A DNA stretch of 64,000 nucleotides from Minutocellus sp. GHC0000111 (lineage: Eukaryota): the NCBI GenBank assembly GCA_977018835.1, contig OZ361256.1, forward strand, positions 806,001-870,000, written 5' to 3'. Shown piece after piece: positions 33,373-44,700 of this stretch. The notes under the pieces are model-generated. The model searched no databases, was not told the DNA's origin, and saw only the letters and a program-made list of their open reading frames with translations. Both the position numbers and the translations under genes were made by a program. How positions within the stretch are numbered: the first letter of the stretch is position 1; every line of letters starts with the position of its first letter.

Positions 33373-35023
33373 GTCATCCAACAACGAGCAATTGAAGCCC
33401 AGCGGGGCAGTATCACCAGATTCATACAACAACGATAGCGATGTTAAGATGCCCTCTCTCGCTATTCGCACCATTGGCAGCGAAGGCGAACGAAATGCTG
33501 CTCTCCACGATCGATCCCAAGTCGATCGTGGCGCTGAGATGCACGTCATCCCATCTACTGCCAGCACGTCTGGTACTGGTGCGAGGCAAATCACCATAGG
33601 CCGTGCCGATGACGCGGATTCTTCCAATTATCATCAATATCATGCTCCTGACCATGTCTCATCCTCATCGACTGACAAACGCAAGAAGGCACCGGCGAGT
33701 GGAAAGAGAAGGCACAAGAAGAAACGGAATGAAATGACGGCCGAGGAGTTGGCTGAGGCCGATCGCAAACGAAAGAGGGCCAATGTCAAGTCTGCCACTG
33801 AAAGCCGTCAACGACGAAGAGCACAGCTCGAGCAGCTTCGACAAGAAGCTGGTGAGCTCCAGGCGGCGAACTTTGCCTTGATACGTGAGAATCAAACCTT
33901 GGAATACTACATAAATTATCAATGAGATGATTAAGAAAGTGATACAGGGAGCTGAGATTGTTACTGATCCATCCAAGCTAAATAATGGTGGTGCTGGCGG
34001 AGGATCGCCAACAACAATGCTATGAATGATGCTAGATCAAACATGGCAAACAACGGCACTCCCGCCACAACAGTGCCACAAACCAGCATGTCACCAGTAC
34101 AGGTGCCTACGCAAATGCAGATGCAAATGCCTGTTCAATACCAAGGAACTTACAACACTAATATGACAACTACCCAGCCCTTTCCATGGCAAAATCAACA
34201 GCAGCAGCAGCAGCAGCAAATACAACAGCAGATGCCGCTAGGACAACCGATGCTGATGATGAATCCTCAACAATCTAATGGGCAAGGTGGAATGCTATGG
34301 ATGCAACAAGACCAGCAACAACAACAACAACAACAACAAACGCAAGGCCATCCTCCTGATATTTACATGCAGATGGCTGCAATTCTTCTGAATCAAGCCC
34401 AGCAGCAACAGATTCAGCAGCGGCAAATTGAGCAGCAGCAACAACATAACCAGGTCATGGCGACGGCTCCCACGCCGAGTCCATGGTCACAATTTCCGAA
34501 TGGAGAAGCCCCTGTGATCAACCCAACGAATTTAGCTCAGATTGATGCTAACGCCCTCATCAGTCAAATAATGAATTATGGGGGCGCTGGAAGTGGGTGG
34601 AACAATGGCCAGCAGATGCCTCAGGCGACAACAGCACTGGCTCAACCGCAGCAGCCGTTCTTTCCGGTATCATCGTCGCAACCAATGAGATATGATCAGG
34701 CTTCCACTACCGGTGCGCCCAACATGCATGGTGTCCCGGGCTACCAGCAACCAAGTGGAGGGCAGATGCAAGCTGCAAACGTTCAGACTGAGGCGCAATC
34801 AATGCCTTCGATATTCCCAACCGGAGGCATGCCACAAAATGATACCAGCATCACGCAACAGCAAGACGACCCATCTTTTTGGCTATCCCAGCTCCAAAGC
34901 TTGGGACTACCAGACGAAATCAGAATCAATCTGCAAGACGACGCGCACGATGAAGTACTAGATGATGACCTCTTCGATAGGCTAGATGGTGGTAATCTCG
35001 GATATTCTGGCAAGGAGGAGTGA
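33371..35023 (+). CDS. bZIP transcription factor with Gln-rich C-terminal region (two compensating frame breaks)
   Basis: RKRKRANVKSATESRQRRRAQLEQLRQEAGELQAANFALIRENQTL; poly-Q ORF 34022-35023; linker INEMIKKVIQGAEIV lies in another frame. Confidence 0.78.
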
Positions 35024-35192
35024 AGTGACGAATTTTTAGAGAGAGACGATGAATGACTTGGTATGAAAGAGATTTAAATAGACCTAGTTTGCAATAGAGG
35101 ATGTATTGCCTGGCATTGTACCGCAGGGCCTATGATTGTATGTTCAAGTGACTACTCTATCTAGCTAAATTGTATTTATGAAAGTGGAGAGC

Positions 35193-36692
35193 TCAATCGT
35201 TCTCACCAATCCTGTACGAGAGTTGAAGTTGTTCGAGCTGACGTTCCAATGCCGCAATCCTGCCGCTCTCTTGTTCTCTTCTCATTTTTGCGATCTGAAT
35301 TTTCTTGAATATGTCACTTTCGAGCGATGGATCTGGATTAGCCGCAAGTCCCCTTGCCAATGTCGGTGCCTTTTTCAGCATTCGATATGATATTTCGGTC
35401 CAAAGCGCACTTTGAGATTCCGTGTAGAGATGTTTTGGAGGTGTTTGGAACAGATACAATCCACTCATTGGATTAATGCTTTCCAAGACTTTTGCTGGGG
35501 TTGCCTTCAAGACTATCTCATAGCAAGGACATATATTTTCAATGGCTACCTGCAAAGGATAGCGCCCCTCCCTGTCTTTCACTGATGTTGCCTCGGGATA
35601 CGCACCCAAGATGTACTGAACGACTTCCAAGCCATATGTTCTAGTATGCGCATGTTTCCAATTTCTTGGATTCGACAGCACGATATGAAGTAGAGTCCGG
35701 CCATATACATCTGCCTCCTTGAACCATTGAGGCTGCTTTAACCGCACCAGCAGCAACATTTGTACAATATTTAGTTTGTCCAGCAACATGTAATCTCGAC
35801 TTCTCTCTCCCTCAACGTCTGCTCTGTCTCTCGATGTTTGTATCGATCCACCCATCTGTACTTGTACAGTGAATTCTCTGGCATCAGTGCGGTCTTTGTG
35901 TGACATTCTTGTTGTATTGTCGCCGTCGACGCCAGTTGCAAATCTCCCTGTAGTTGTGAATACTTCCAACATGGCGTGAGGCAAGGGAATTCCTAACGCA
36001 GTCTCTTTGCTGAAAACAATTTCGAGCGCTTGCAGGTATTTTTCCACGCCAACTTCCTCTTCACTTCGCCCCACATTGTCGTTGCTACGACGCATAAGCA
36101 AGAGCTGGGCAATCAGCGACGTCTTTCCAACGTTATCACTCAGCGCCAGTATACCGTCGGGATGCTCTTCGACCAACACCTTCATGTTGTCCGAACTCAT
36201 CCATAAGTCAAACCCCGTAGTAGCAAATAGACCACCCGCCCTGTCTCTTTCAAAGTCGGCAAATACCCTCTCATATTTGCTCTCCGATCGCAGCTGCACC
36301 ATCTTCCCAATGAGAAAACGAATGACGTCCGGAGAACATCCCGATTGACATGCGATGCCCACAGGTGTCGCATCTATTCTCCGCACACCGTCCTCGGGTT
36401 GGAATGAGTCCAGCAACACCAGACATTCCGGTCGGGCTGACACAACGGCATTTACTACCGAAACCGGCGGATGATTGGGCAATATCTTATGGACCAAGAA
36501 GGGATGCTCACGAAAGACAGCCGATGACGTTCCGGCACAATCCACCACGAGGTCTTCCAGCTTGGGCCACTCAATTTCCGATGAGTCGTCCCGATCAGAG
36601 TCGTCCCGATCAATGACTGCACAGACCGCCTGCTTGAATCGGATGGTTTCGGCAGACGGGAGAAGAGACCCCAAAACTAGTTCAAATGGCAT
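35193..36692 (-). CDS. Ankyrin-like repeat protein
   Basis: ATPVGIACQSGCSPDVIRFL, DVYGRTLLHIVL, YPEATSVKDREGRYPLQVA, SGLYLFQ; coiled-coil C-terminus. Confidence 0.7.
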   Translation of the reverse strand: MPFELVLGSLLPSAETIRFKQAVCAVIDRDDSDRDDSSEIEWPKLEDLVVDCAGTSSAVFREHPFLVHKILPNHPPVSVVNAVVSARPECLVLLDSFQPEDGVRRIDATPVGIACQSGCSPDVIRFLIGKMVQLRSESKYERVFADFERDRAGGLFATTGFDLWMSSDNMKVLVEEHPDGILALSDNVGKTSLIAQLLLMRRSNDNVGRSEEEVGVEKYLQALEIVFSKETALGIPLPHAMLEVFTTTGRFATGVDGDNTTRMSHKDRTDAREFTVQVQMGGSIQTSRDRADVEGERSRDYMLLDKLNIVQMLLLVRLKQPQWFKEADVYGRTLLHIVLSNPRNWKHAHTRTYGLEVVQYILGAYPEATSVKDREGRYPLQVAIENICPCYEIVLKATPAKVLESINPMSGLYLFQTPPKHLYTESQSALWTEISYRMLKKAPTLARGLAANPDPSLESDIFKKIQIAKMRREQESGRIAALERQLEQLQLSYRIGEND

Positions 36693-36962
36693 CTTGTGTT
36701 GTCTCTAGCGCCTAGGACGAGTTCGTCAAACGAAAACAAGGCAGCGCCGTCGGGGGGTTCGTTGTGGACCTGCTGGCCTCTCATCAGCTGATGGCCGACC
36801 TGGAGCGACCTCTCGCAGCGTTGGCCCCAGGTAAAGAAACCCGGAAATACAGGCGAGCGCCACACGCGAGATCACGCACATCACGAGCAGATGTGCTGGT
36901 ATCTTCTCATTTTTGGACCATTGCTTTTAGGGTAGTGCATCCCCTCTCCTTCCTTCTCTGCC

Positions 36963-38594
36963 ATGAACACGCCAAGCCAAGCCCCAAACCTGGCCGTAAG
37001 TCGTCGGGAGATTCTCCTCCGCGCCATCGCTCAGGCTCGTTCGGCTCTGCATGACGCTCAGAGCGAAGTATCCACGACGACCAGTGACCGCCAGCTTTCG
37101 CTTGCCTCTGCGTCCGTCTTGCCGGCCGTCACCCAAAGCCTGGAGCAGGTGCAGGGGCTGCTCTCAATCTTGGCCGACGGGGACGATGCCGACGTTGATG
37201 CTGGTTTTGGCGATCTTTCTACAGTGGCGCAACTGACGACCAAGAAGCGCAAACTCGAGAATGCCAGAGGTGCAGCCGCCGCCGTCGTATCTCCAGGTGC
37301 CGAGGAGCGTGCAGTGGTCGGTGGCAAGACGCTGAGGCATCTCCATAGGTTGCAGCTGTCGAATGCCGCCAATGTGTCTCCCATGGATACGCTCGGCGTT
37401 GATGTGCTGATCATCATCCTGAGCTTCCTGGAGTGGGAAAGCATCATGCTGGCCCGAGTTTGTCGTCGGCTCAAGGAAGCCTCGACCTTGACGCCTGTTG
37501 GGGACGTGCTGATTACCAAGTGCCTCGGTCAGTGCGTCGATGGAAACCTGAGCAAGCTTGCCACGGTACTGCCGGGCATTCAAGGCTTCGACTTTGAGAA
37601 TGACACAATCATTCGAAACGGAACGTCGAGATGCCTGGACGGCCCCTTGGCCCTGCAATGCTTTGATGTAGACCTTAGTGGCATAAGTGTGTTCCGAAAC
37701 CTCAAGGTACTTGATCTGTTTCAGATGAAGCTCAATGGATCGTATGGAGAGATTTTCAAGATAACATCTCTCGAGGAGCTTGATCTTCGAGGCAATCCCT
37801 ATCTTCGTTGCGATCTTTCGGACCTCGCGTCGCTCCCCAATCTCAAGCAAGTATATCTCTGCGAGAGGGTCACTGGAAGCCTTTCGTCCCTTGATCATCT
37901 ACGTGACAAACTCGAATGCCTCGAATTAATTGAGTGCGAGGAGGTTGTGGGTTTTTTGATGGATCTCGCCTCCTTTCGAAAGCTGAAGAGTCTGAACTTA
38001 GCATACTCAAGTCAAATTGCAGGAGATATCCGAACCATCGAAGCTTCTGACTTCGTGTCACTCCAGTCTCTTCGAATTTGTCATTCGAACATATTCGGGG
38101 GTCTTGTCCCACGAATTGCGGAAGGCCGAGGTGTTGCAATGGCCTGGAGAAGCCTCCTTCTGCAGCGTGGGTTCAGCTTCTCTTGCTGTGCGCTTGATGA
38201 TGGGATCGATTTGAGCGCGAGTTCTGGGGAGAATTATTTCTTTGGCCCTGATTATATTCGGCATAATATGAAACTTATTCGTTTCGATGAGCGCACATTT
38301 GGGTTTCAATGGGTCGAAACTTCTCCAGATGAAAATATTTCCGGAGGTTTAAATACTTGCGCTATTAATTGGATGGAGCCATTCCCTACTGAGTCCGATG
38401 AGAACTTCTTTCAGTATGCATCTTTCATGGGCTTCAAAAATAGCCATGATGTGGTCCATAGGAAATGCAGCATGTTCCATGATCTGCCTGTCCCTCCAAC
38501 GGATGAGGAGACTCGTAGGGCACTCATGGAAAGATTTTTGTTTGGTGGTACCGACGAATCAGACGACTCGTTTGCTGGAGGTATTGAAATTTGA
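36963..38594 (+). CDS. F-box-like/leucine-rich repeat protein
   Basis: F-box-like DTLGVDVLIIILSFL..ARVCRRLKEA; LRRs RNLKVLDL, SLEELDLRGN, PNLKQVYL, KLKSLNL. Confidence 0.78.
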   Translation: MNTPSQAPNLAVSRREILLRAIAQARSALHDAQSEVSTTTSDRQLSLASASVLPAVTQSLEQVQGLLSILADGDDADVDAGFGDLSTVAQLTTKKRKLENARGAAAAVVSPGAEERAVVGGKTLRHLHRLQLSNAANVSPMDTLGVDVLIIILSFLEWESIMLARVCRRLKEASTLTPVGDVLITKCLGQCVDGNLSKLATVLPGIQGFDFENDTIIRNGTSRCLDGPLALQCFDVDLSGISVFRNLKVLDLFQMKLNGSYGEIFKITSLEELDLRGNPYLRCDLSDLASLPNLKQVYLCERVTGSLSSLDHLRDKLECLELIECEEVVGFLMDLASFRKLKSLNLAYSSQIAGDIRTIEASDFVSLQSLRICHSNIFGGLVPRIAEGRGVAMAWRSLLLQRGFSFSCCALDDGIDLSASSGENYFFGPDYIRHNMKLIRFDERTFGFQWVETSPDENISGGLNTCAINWMEPFPTESDENFFQYASFMGFKNSHDVVHRKCSMFHDLPVPPTDEETRRALMERFLFGGTDESDDSFAGGIEI

Positions 38595-38788
38595 ATGAAT
38601 CGGCGTTGAAGGGAATTTTAGTACGTGTAGAAGGAAAGGCATATTTGGTCATGTGTAGCCTCGGTGCCATGATAAAGATTTGCCTCCTATAGTACAGTAG
38701 TAGACTAGCCTACATATACTCGAGACTGCTCTAAAGGGAGAACAGTGTAGTGAAACAAGTGAATACAAGATAATAATTCAATAATTCA

Positions 38789-41700
38789 TTACATTAGCGA
38801 AAGGTACTCTGAAATATATTCTTTGAGTGTTCGCTTGCACCGAGGCCCAAGCACTGCCGCAGAGAAAGCCTCGTGATTTCCAACCCCAGAACTGGATGCT
38901 GCTGGTCGTTTCGCGTAAACATTCTTCACTGCCAATCGTCCAGGAGTTTGGAGTCGATCGCTAGGATACATCTCAATGTCTAGTTCGTCCACATTTTTAG
39001 CCAGATGGAGCATTGATTTGATTGCTGCAAGATCATCTCCTGTACATTCCACTGGAGATATCAGATTGGTCAGCAAGTCTACGTTCCAACTTTGATTTCC
39101 GTCTCTGATGATCTGCGCTTGAATTGCTATTCGCTGAATCACTTGGTAACAACCATCGTTCGTTAGTAGAAGTCTTGCGATGCTATTCAGCCATCTGGTG
39201 TTCAGTGCAATGTAAGATTTTGACGAGCGCGTGCTCTGAGAAGCCGCCTGAGACCAAGCAAGCAATGGTTCAGAAATGTTTTCTTCCACGGTATTGGATA
39301 TTGGAAGGCGAATAAACATCCTGGCCACTTGGTATACCGTCAAGATTATTTCCCGAGACAGATCTGTACTGTGAGCAAGACACTCCTTCAAGACATGTGT
39401 TAGCCCTCTCAGCAAGAGACAGAGGTCTGTAACGTCAAAATACCCGGAGCCTTCTTCGTCGGGACGGATGACGTTTGACGTTGCAAACCCATCGATGGTA
39501 CCAATCAGAGACAGTACCATGTGGAGCAAGCTAAATTTCTTTTCCATCTCTATAGAGTCGAAGCGAAGCTTGGGAACAATGAAATTGCGCAGAGCCGCGC
39601 GGCGGAGCTTACCGAGCAATTGTGTGTCTCTTTCGGAGGATGGCTTGAAGGCGTGGGCAGTAGCGAGGTAGGAATCGATTGCACGTTGCAGGTCATCTTG
39701 ATGATGCGCACTATCTAGCCGTTCGTTGCGATCACCACTCAGTGCCCGACCGAGTAATGCCGCTCTATCGTTTTTGGCGCCGCCGGGTTGACCTGCTATA
39801 GCTGATTCAATCAACATTGAAAGAACGTCGGAAGTCCCGGATAAATCAAATGAATCTGCAGCATAGAGGACAAGCTCGTGATATCTTCGCCCAAGACCAT
39901 CGGAGAGGTCTTTTGCAAGACGAGCTTTGCTCGAAGATGAGCCTCCTCGTGATGAAAGTACATCAAAAACGTATGGCTGGATACTCTTGGAGCTATGAGC
40001 CTCGAGTGCGGCACAATAGTTGACATTAGATCTCTGTAGAGAGGTCCGCAGAAGAACATCCTTGAGAACCACGACTGTTGGGCTGATTCGGTGAAGGTTA
40101 TTGCTGTGTGTCCCTTGGTGAAGTAGCCACGCGAAAAATGTCGAAGCAACCTCGCCATAAGCACGCTGCAACGCCAGAGCTCTTGATCGTTTGTACAAAT
40201 CCTCCGGGTCGGCGTTGGGATTATCCTTCCAGTCACCCGTTCTTCTTTCGTTGTATTCGACCGTTGCCGACAAATAGTAAATGTTTTGCATCACATTTTT
40301 GGTGATGAGAGACAAAACGTTTGTTGCGACCCTTCCGATGATGCGGGTATCTGAAACGAGTACACTAACGATACCTCTCAGCATAGCGGTGCGTTTCATA
40401 CATTCTCTTTCCATTGAAATGAGGGGCACTAGGGCAAGTGAGCGCTGGCAGGATTCGGACCCCTCGCCGGAGAGATCATTGTCCATTCTGGATAGAATTT
40501 TACCGATACTCAGTATTTCTTGGTCCTCGGGCTGCAGATCGACGATGATGCAACCAAGCGTTCGGGCAAAAGACCACATGCGACTTGCCATGAACGCTGG
40601 CCCGGGACTGTCAAATGTTTCGTTGTCAAGAAGCCTCGCCCCGGCAGCCTCATCGCCATCTTGACTGTCTGATAGTGAACGGCGTAACATCCTTTTGAGA
40701 TACTTGACTTCCATCTCTTGAGCCTGGGGGCCTCCCGAAATGGAGACAATGGCCTTGTTGGCGCTCGGAAGGCGATGGAGAATCTGGGGGTCAAGAAGGG
40801 CCTCGAGAAAATGACCCAAAATCTCCTCGAGACCTGAGTTCACAACACTTCGGCATGATGATGACACACGCGAGTACCGGCAGAGCTCGAGGCTAAAACA
40901 CTGCGCGAGATTCTTCAGGTAGGTCAGGTCTCCCATTCGAGACTGATGATCGGTGGCGTGATGAGCCGACCTACGGCCTTGGAAAAAGTCATCGAATGAC
41001 GACTTGAAGTGAATTGAGCTGTTCTTTCTCAAAGATGTGAGTGCAGCGATACTTGAACAAATCGCACCCGCATTGGTTGCAATAAGGACTTTTCCTGTAG
41101 TGCTTGGAGTGCTTGAAGTCTGATTGGACATTGCCCTCGAATCGATGGCATACCTTTGCGAAGGCTGTGGGCAATTTCAGGGGAGATGTAATGGGTGAGA
41201 TGAGTGAAATATGAAAGGAGTCGAAGTGTAACCGATATCGAGGAAGCGGCGGGGAAAATGCTTACCTTTGCAGCATCGAGCGCATCCATCAACAAAGACC
41301 ATAGCTTTCCTTTTGCAAGTTCATCCAGTTTGGCGTCGTCGCCTTCGCCAAAGGCATCGCCAGTTTCCACCTGTGAGCTCGACGCAGATGTTGACTGTCC
41401 TGTGAGATTGTCCAGGTCGATGTTTTCATGAAAACATCGTCTCCAAGACCACCGAACAGATCGTCTGTAGCTTGGTCGGTATTTGAAGAAGAATCTGCCG
41501 CATTCCCAACAGCTGTCGCGGTCAGGGTCGCTGCTAAAGAGGTATCAGCGTTCTTTTTAACTTCGTGAAACATCCCGATGCAATGTCTCAACGCTGCCAA
41601 AACTAATCTGAGATAAACTTCCGAAGAAGAGTCTGCTTCTTTTGCTTGAACTATACAGGCAAAGGCAACCTCGACGACGGGGATGACCATAAAGAGACAG

Positions 41701-44700
41701 GTATTTCCCAAATGGCTTGCGTGGGAAGAGTTGGCTAATGCAGAGTTTGACAACTTCGATCTCGCTCTACTGAGAATTGTCGAGAGGGCAGTAAATCCGC
41801 CGGAAATGGCACCTATGCACATGGTAATATTTGGACGACAGGAGGTGCCACGAGAATCCTCGGTTGTGGGAAAGAGCGTGGCTTCAGCATTACTTTTCAC
41901 GTCGGCCATGAACATGTGGCACAAGGATTCCAACGATGAGACGATACAGGATATCGCGAATGTCAAGCCAGATTCTCCCGAATCATTACTTGATGTGCCC
42001 TCGTTGTCAATATCGGCGCCAAGATAAAGGAGAGCTGAAACAGACATAACCTTGGTAGCAACGATGGAGCGAAGAAAATCATTGGGCACGGCCGGTTCTT
42101 GATCGCTCCGTCCATTTTGCACGTGTACTTGGTGCTTTCGCATGTCGTCATTTGAGACGATACTCCAAATTCGTTTTAGGAAATCTTCATCGAATACTTG
42201 GATTGATGCGTTCGGCTGATGCATTGTCTTGGCTGCGAAGAGGGTTGAAGACAAAAGAAGAAGGGATGCGCTCTGACGATAAAATCCAGCCGATGCGTCC
42301 GGGCCCGCCTGGAGATTCCTACTCTCGCCAAGCCCCCCACCGCCGAATGCAGCTTCAAAAGCACTCTCAACGCCATCCGCAGCTGGCGAAGCATCCGGAC
42401 TACTGTCCATTGTACCCGCTGCGCTCTCGATTGCGTCCGATTTCTCTGTCAGAGTAGCCACAAGCTTGTCAATGTCTTTCCGAAGGAGGATCCATCGAGC
42501 TTTCTTGTCTCCCGGCAAGCGCCCCATCCATGCTATCATTAGAGCGATGCACGCTCGGAGGATCCCACCACCACTTTCGATGGACAGGCTTCCATCCCTC
42601 ACTACTTCGGCCAATACTTTCGACTCAAAGTTGAGTAACGGGGTTGCCGCCAATGCGACATCCGACACTTCCCAGATATTTCGAAGAAGTGCTTTCGTGC
42701 CGGTCTCGCCAAGAGCGGTAATGATCATGTCGTTAGCAGCGCTGTTTGCGTCGTGCCGATAGCTATCTGCTTGTAGAGATAGAGACTATTGTATCAAACT
42801 TGTCAATATCCCATCTTGTTCAGGCAAAGGATCTAATGCACCAGAACGGATAAGGACAGAAAGTCGGAGAAGCTCCATCTCACAAGCCGAAAGATGGGAT
42901 TTACTGGGCGGTGGCACATTGTTTTGAAATTGGGCCAAACCTCCACTCGATAGCACCGCTGCATCAGAGTAGAATAGTCGTCTCACGATATGCTTGTAAC
43001 GATACCACTGAGAAGAAGAGGCCGGGACCGATGGAACATTTCCAAAGAACGCAATGATCATCCATAGAGCGTGGACCTCGCCCCGGGGAATGGTCATTTT
43101 CAATTTGGCAAATCGCAAATCATTTTGTTCTACGCAAGAGAGGAAAGAGTAGCAGGAAAAGACATGCCGGAGGGTAAGAGCGTGAGAACAAAAGGCAACA
43201 ATGAGCAAGTGAAAGCCGGGGGTATTCATCTTTTTTCGACTTACCGATCTTTGCCCGTTCGCCGGTCTTCAAAAAGTTTACATACTTTGACGGGTCAACC
43301 GACGATACAAACACTCCTTTGCCTTCTGACGGCGAGAGGCTTGATCGATACCACTTTTGGACTTGCTGGTAACTGACAAGGATACGCGAGACAGTCTCAA
43401 CAAGAGGAACAATCTTTCCGATGGATACTACCAACTCCCGCAGAACCCCGAGACTACTAGATGAAATCTTGCCACGAATGCAATTTGCCCACGGAACGGG
43501 TGCGAAGTAAGCATAGAGCACATCGATTGTCTGCAAAAGAACCTCCTCCACAAACTTTTGCCGAGGTACAACCCCACATAACCTCGAAGATGAGGAATTC
43601 TCTTGAGCAAGTGTCGATTGCTTTGCAATGAAGTTCACTACGGTGGTGAGAAACTTGATATGCAATGTTTTGGCTTGTTCGGACGGTCCATTTCATCGAG
43701 GAGAGTTGTCGCACCTTCGTCTTGCAACAACCTGAACAAGGAATCCGATGTTTTTGATATACAGTCGCCTTGTACTTCACTATGGCACGTTTCAAGCCGC
43801 GTCAATAGGCTGACGGCATTGCGCGGGGAAGACTTGTAGGCATTTTTGAGTTGCTCATAAAGATCGGATGAATTCGTCGAGGTCTGTCGGTTCGAAGGAG
43901 CTGGTGGAATGTTTTCCCTTGCCGTCGGAACACCCCGGTGGACAACAGAGGAGACCGACGGCAACCTTTCTGCAAGGCCACTGAAGAGAACCTCGGGAGA
44001 TAAGGCTTCCGTTGGGATTGGGGTGATTTCATTTCGATGCTTTCCTGCCTGATCTCTCTTATTCTGCTTGTTTTGATTGTTCAATTCGCCGAGTCTTTCA
44101 GATGGAGTACCTGCCCGTTGCCTCCGCTTTGGTCCCTCACCCCTGGGTTGTGATGACGATGTCATCGCATCCAACATTGGTGCATCCGATGAATTCTTAT
44201 CTAGGAATTCTTGCATTCGCTCAGAGGCCGACTTGGTTGGTTCTGCATCACGTCTCGTGCCCCTGGCGTCGAATCCTCCATCATCGTCCAAGAAGCTTAC
44301 TCGAAGCTCCGAGGCAGCACTATTGGAACTGACCCTGGCATGGGATCTTCTTGGTGGCCGAGAGTCCAGATCGCGGTCGAATGGACGCGCCTCCATCGGC
44401 ATTGTTTCTTCATCGGATATATCATTATTGATGAAGGCGTCGTCATTGCCAACCTCGCCATTGGCCGGTGCCGTACGAGGTGCATTTGACTTTGTTCTTC
44501 TCTTCTTTACTCCTTTTGCCTGACGAGACGCCTCTCGAAAATCAGCAGCGGTGGTCTCCCTGTCAGCGAGGTTCTCACCTTTCGTTCGGGATCGTTTTCT
44601 TTTGGTTCTGCTCTCGTTGGTGGAATTCTTTCGTTGCCCTGGTACTGATTTATTCTTCTTCTTCCGTTTCGAGGTTGCGTGAAGGTGAGGATCAAACGCA

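Noticed and set aside
34195..34450. CAG/CAA microsatellites
   Set aside because: They are ordinary coding poly-Q tracts.
38789..43665. MMS22L identity for the giant helical protein
   Set aside because: Only a vague impression; no diagnostic motif could be confirmed by eye.
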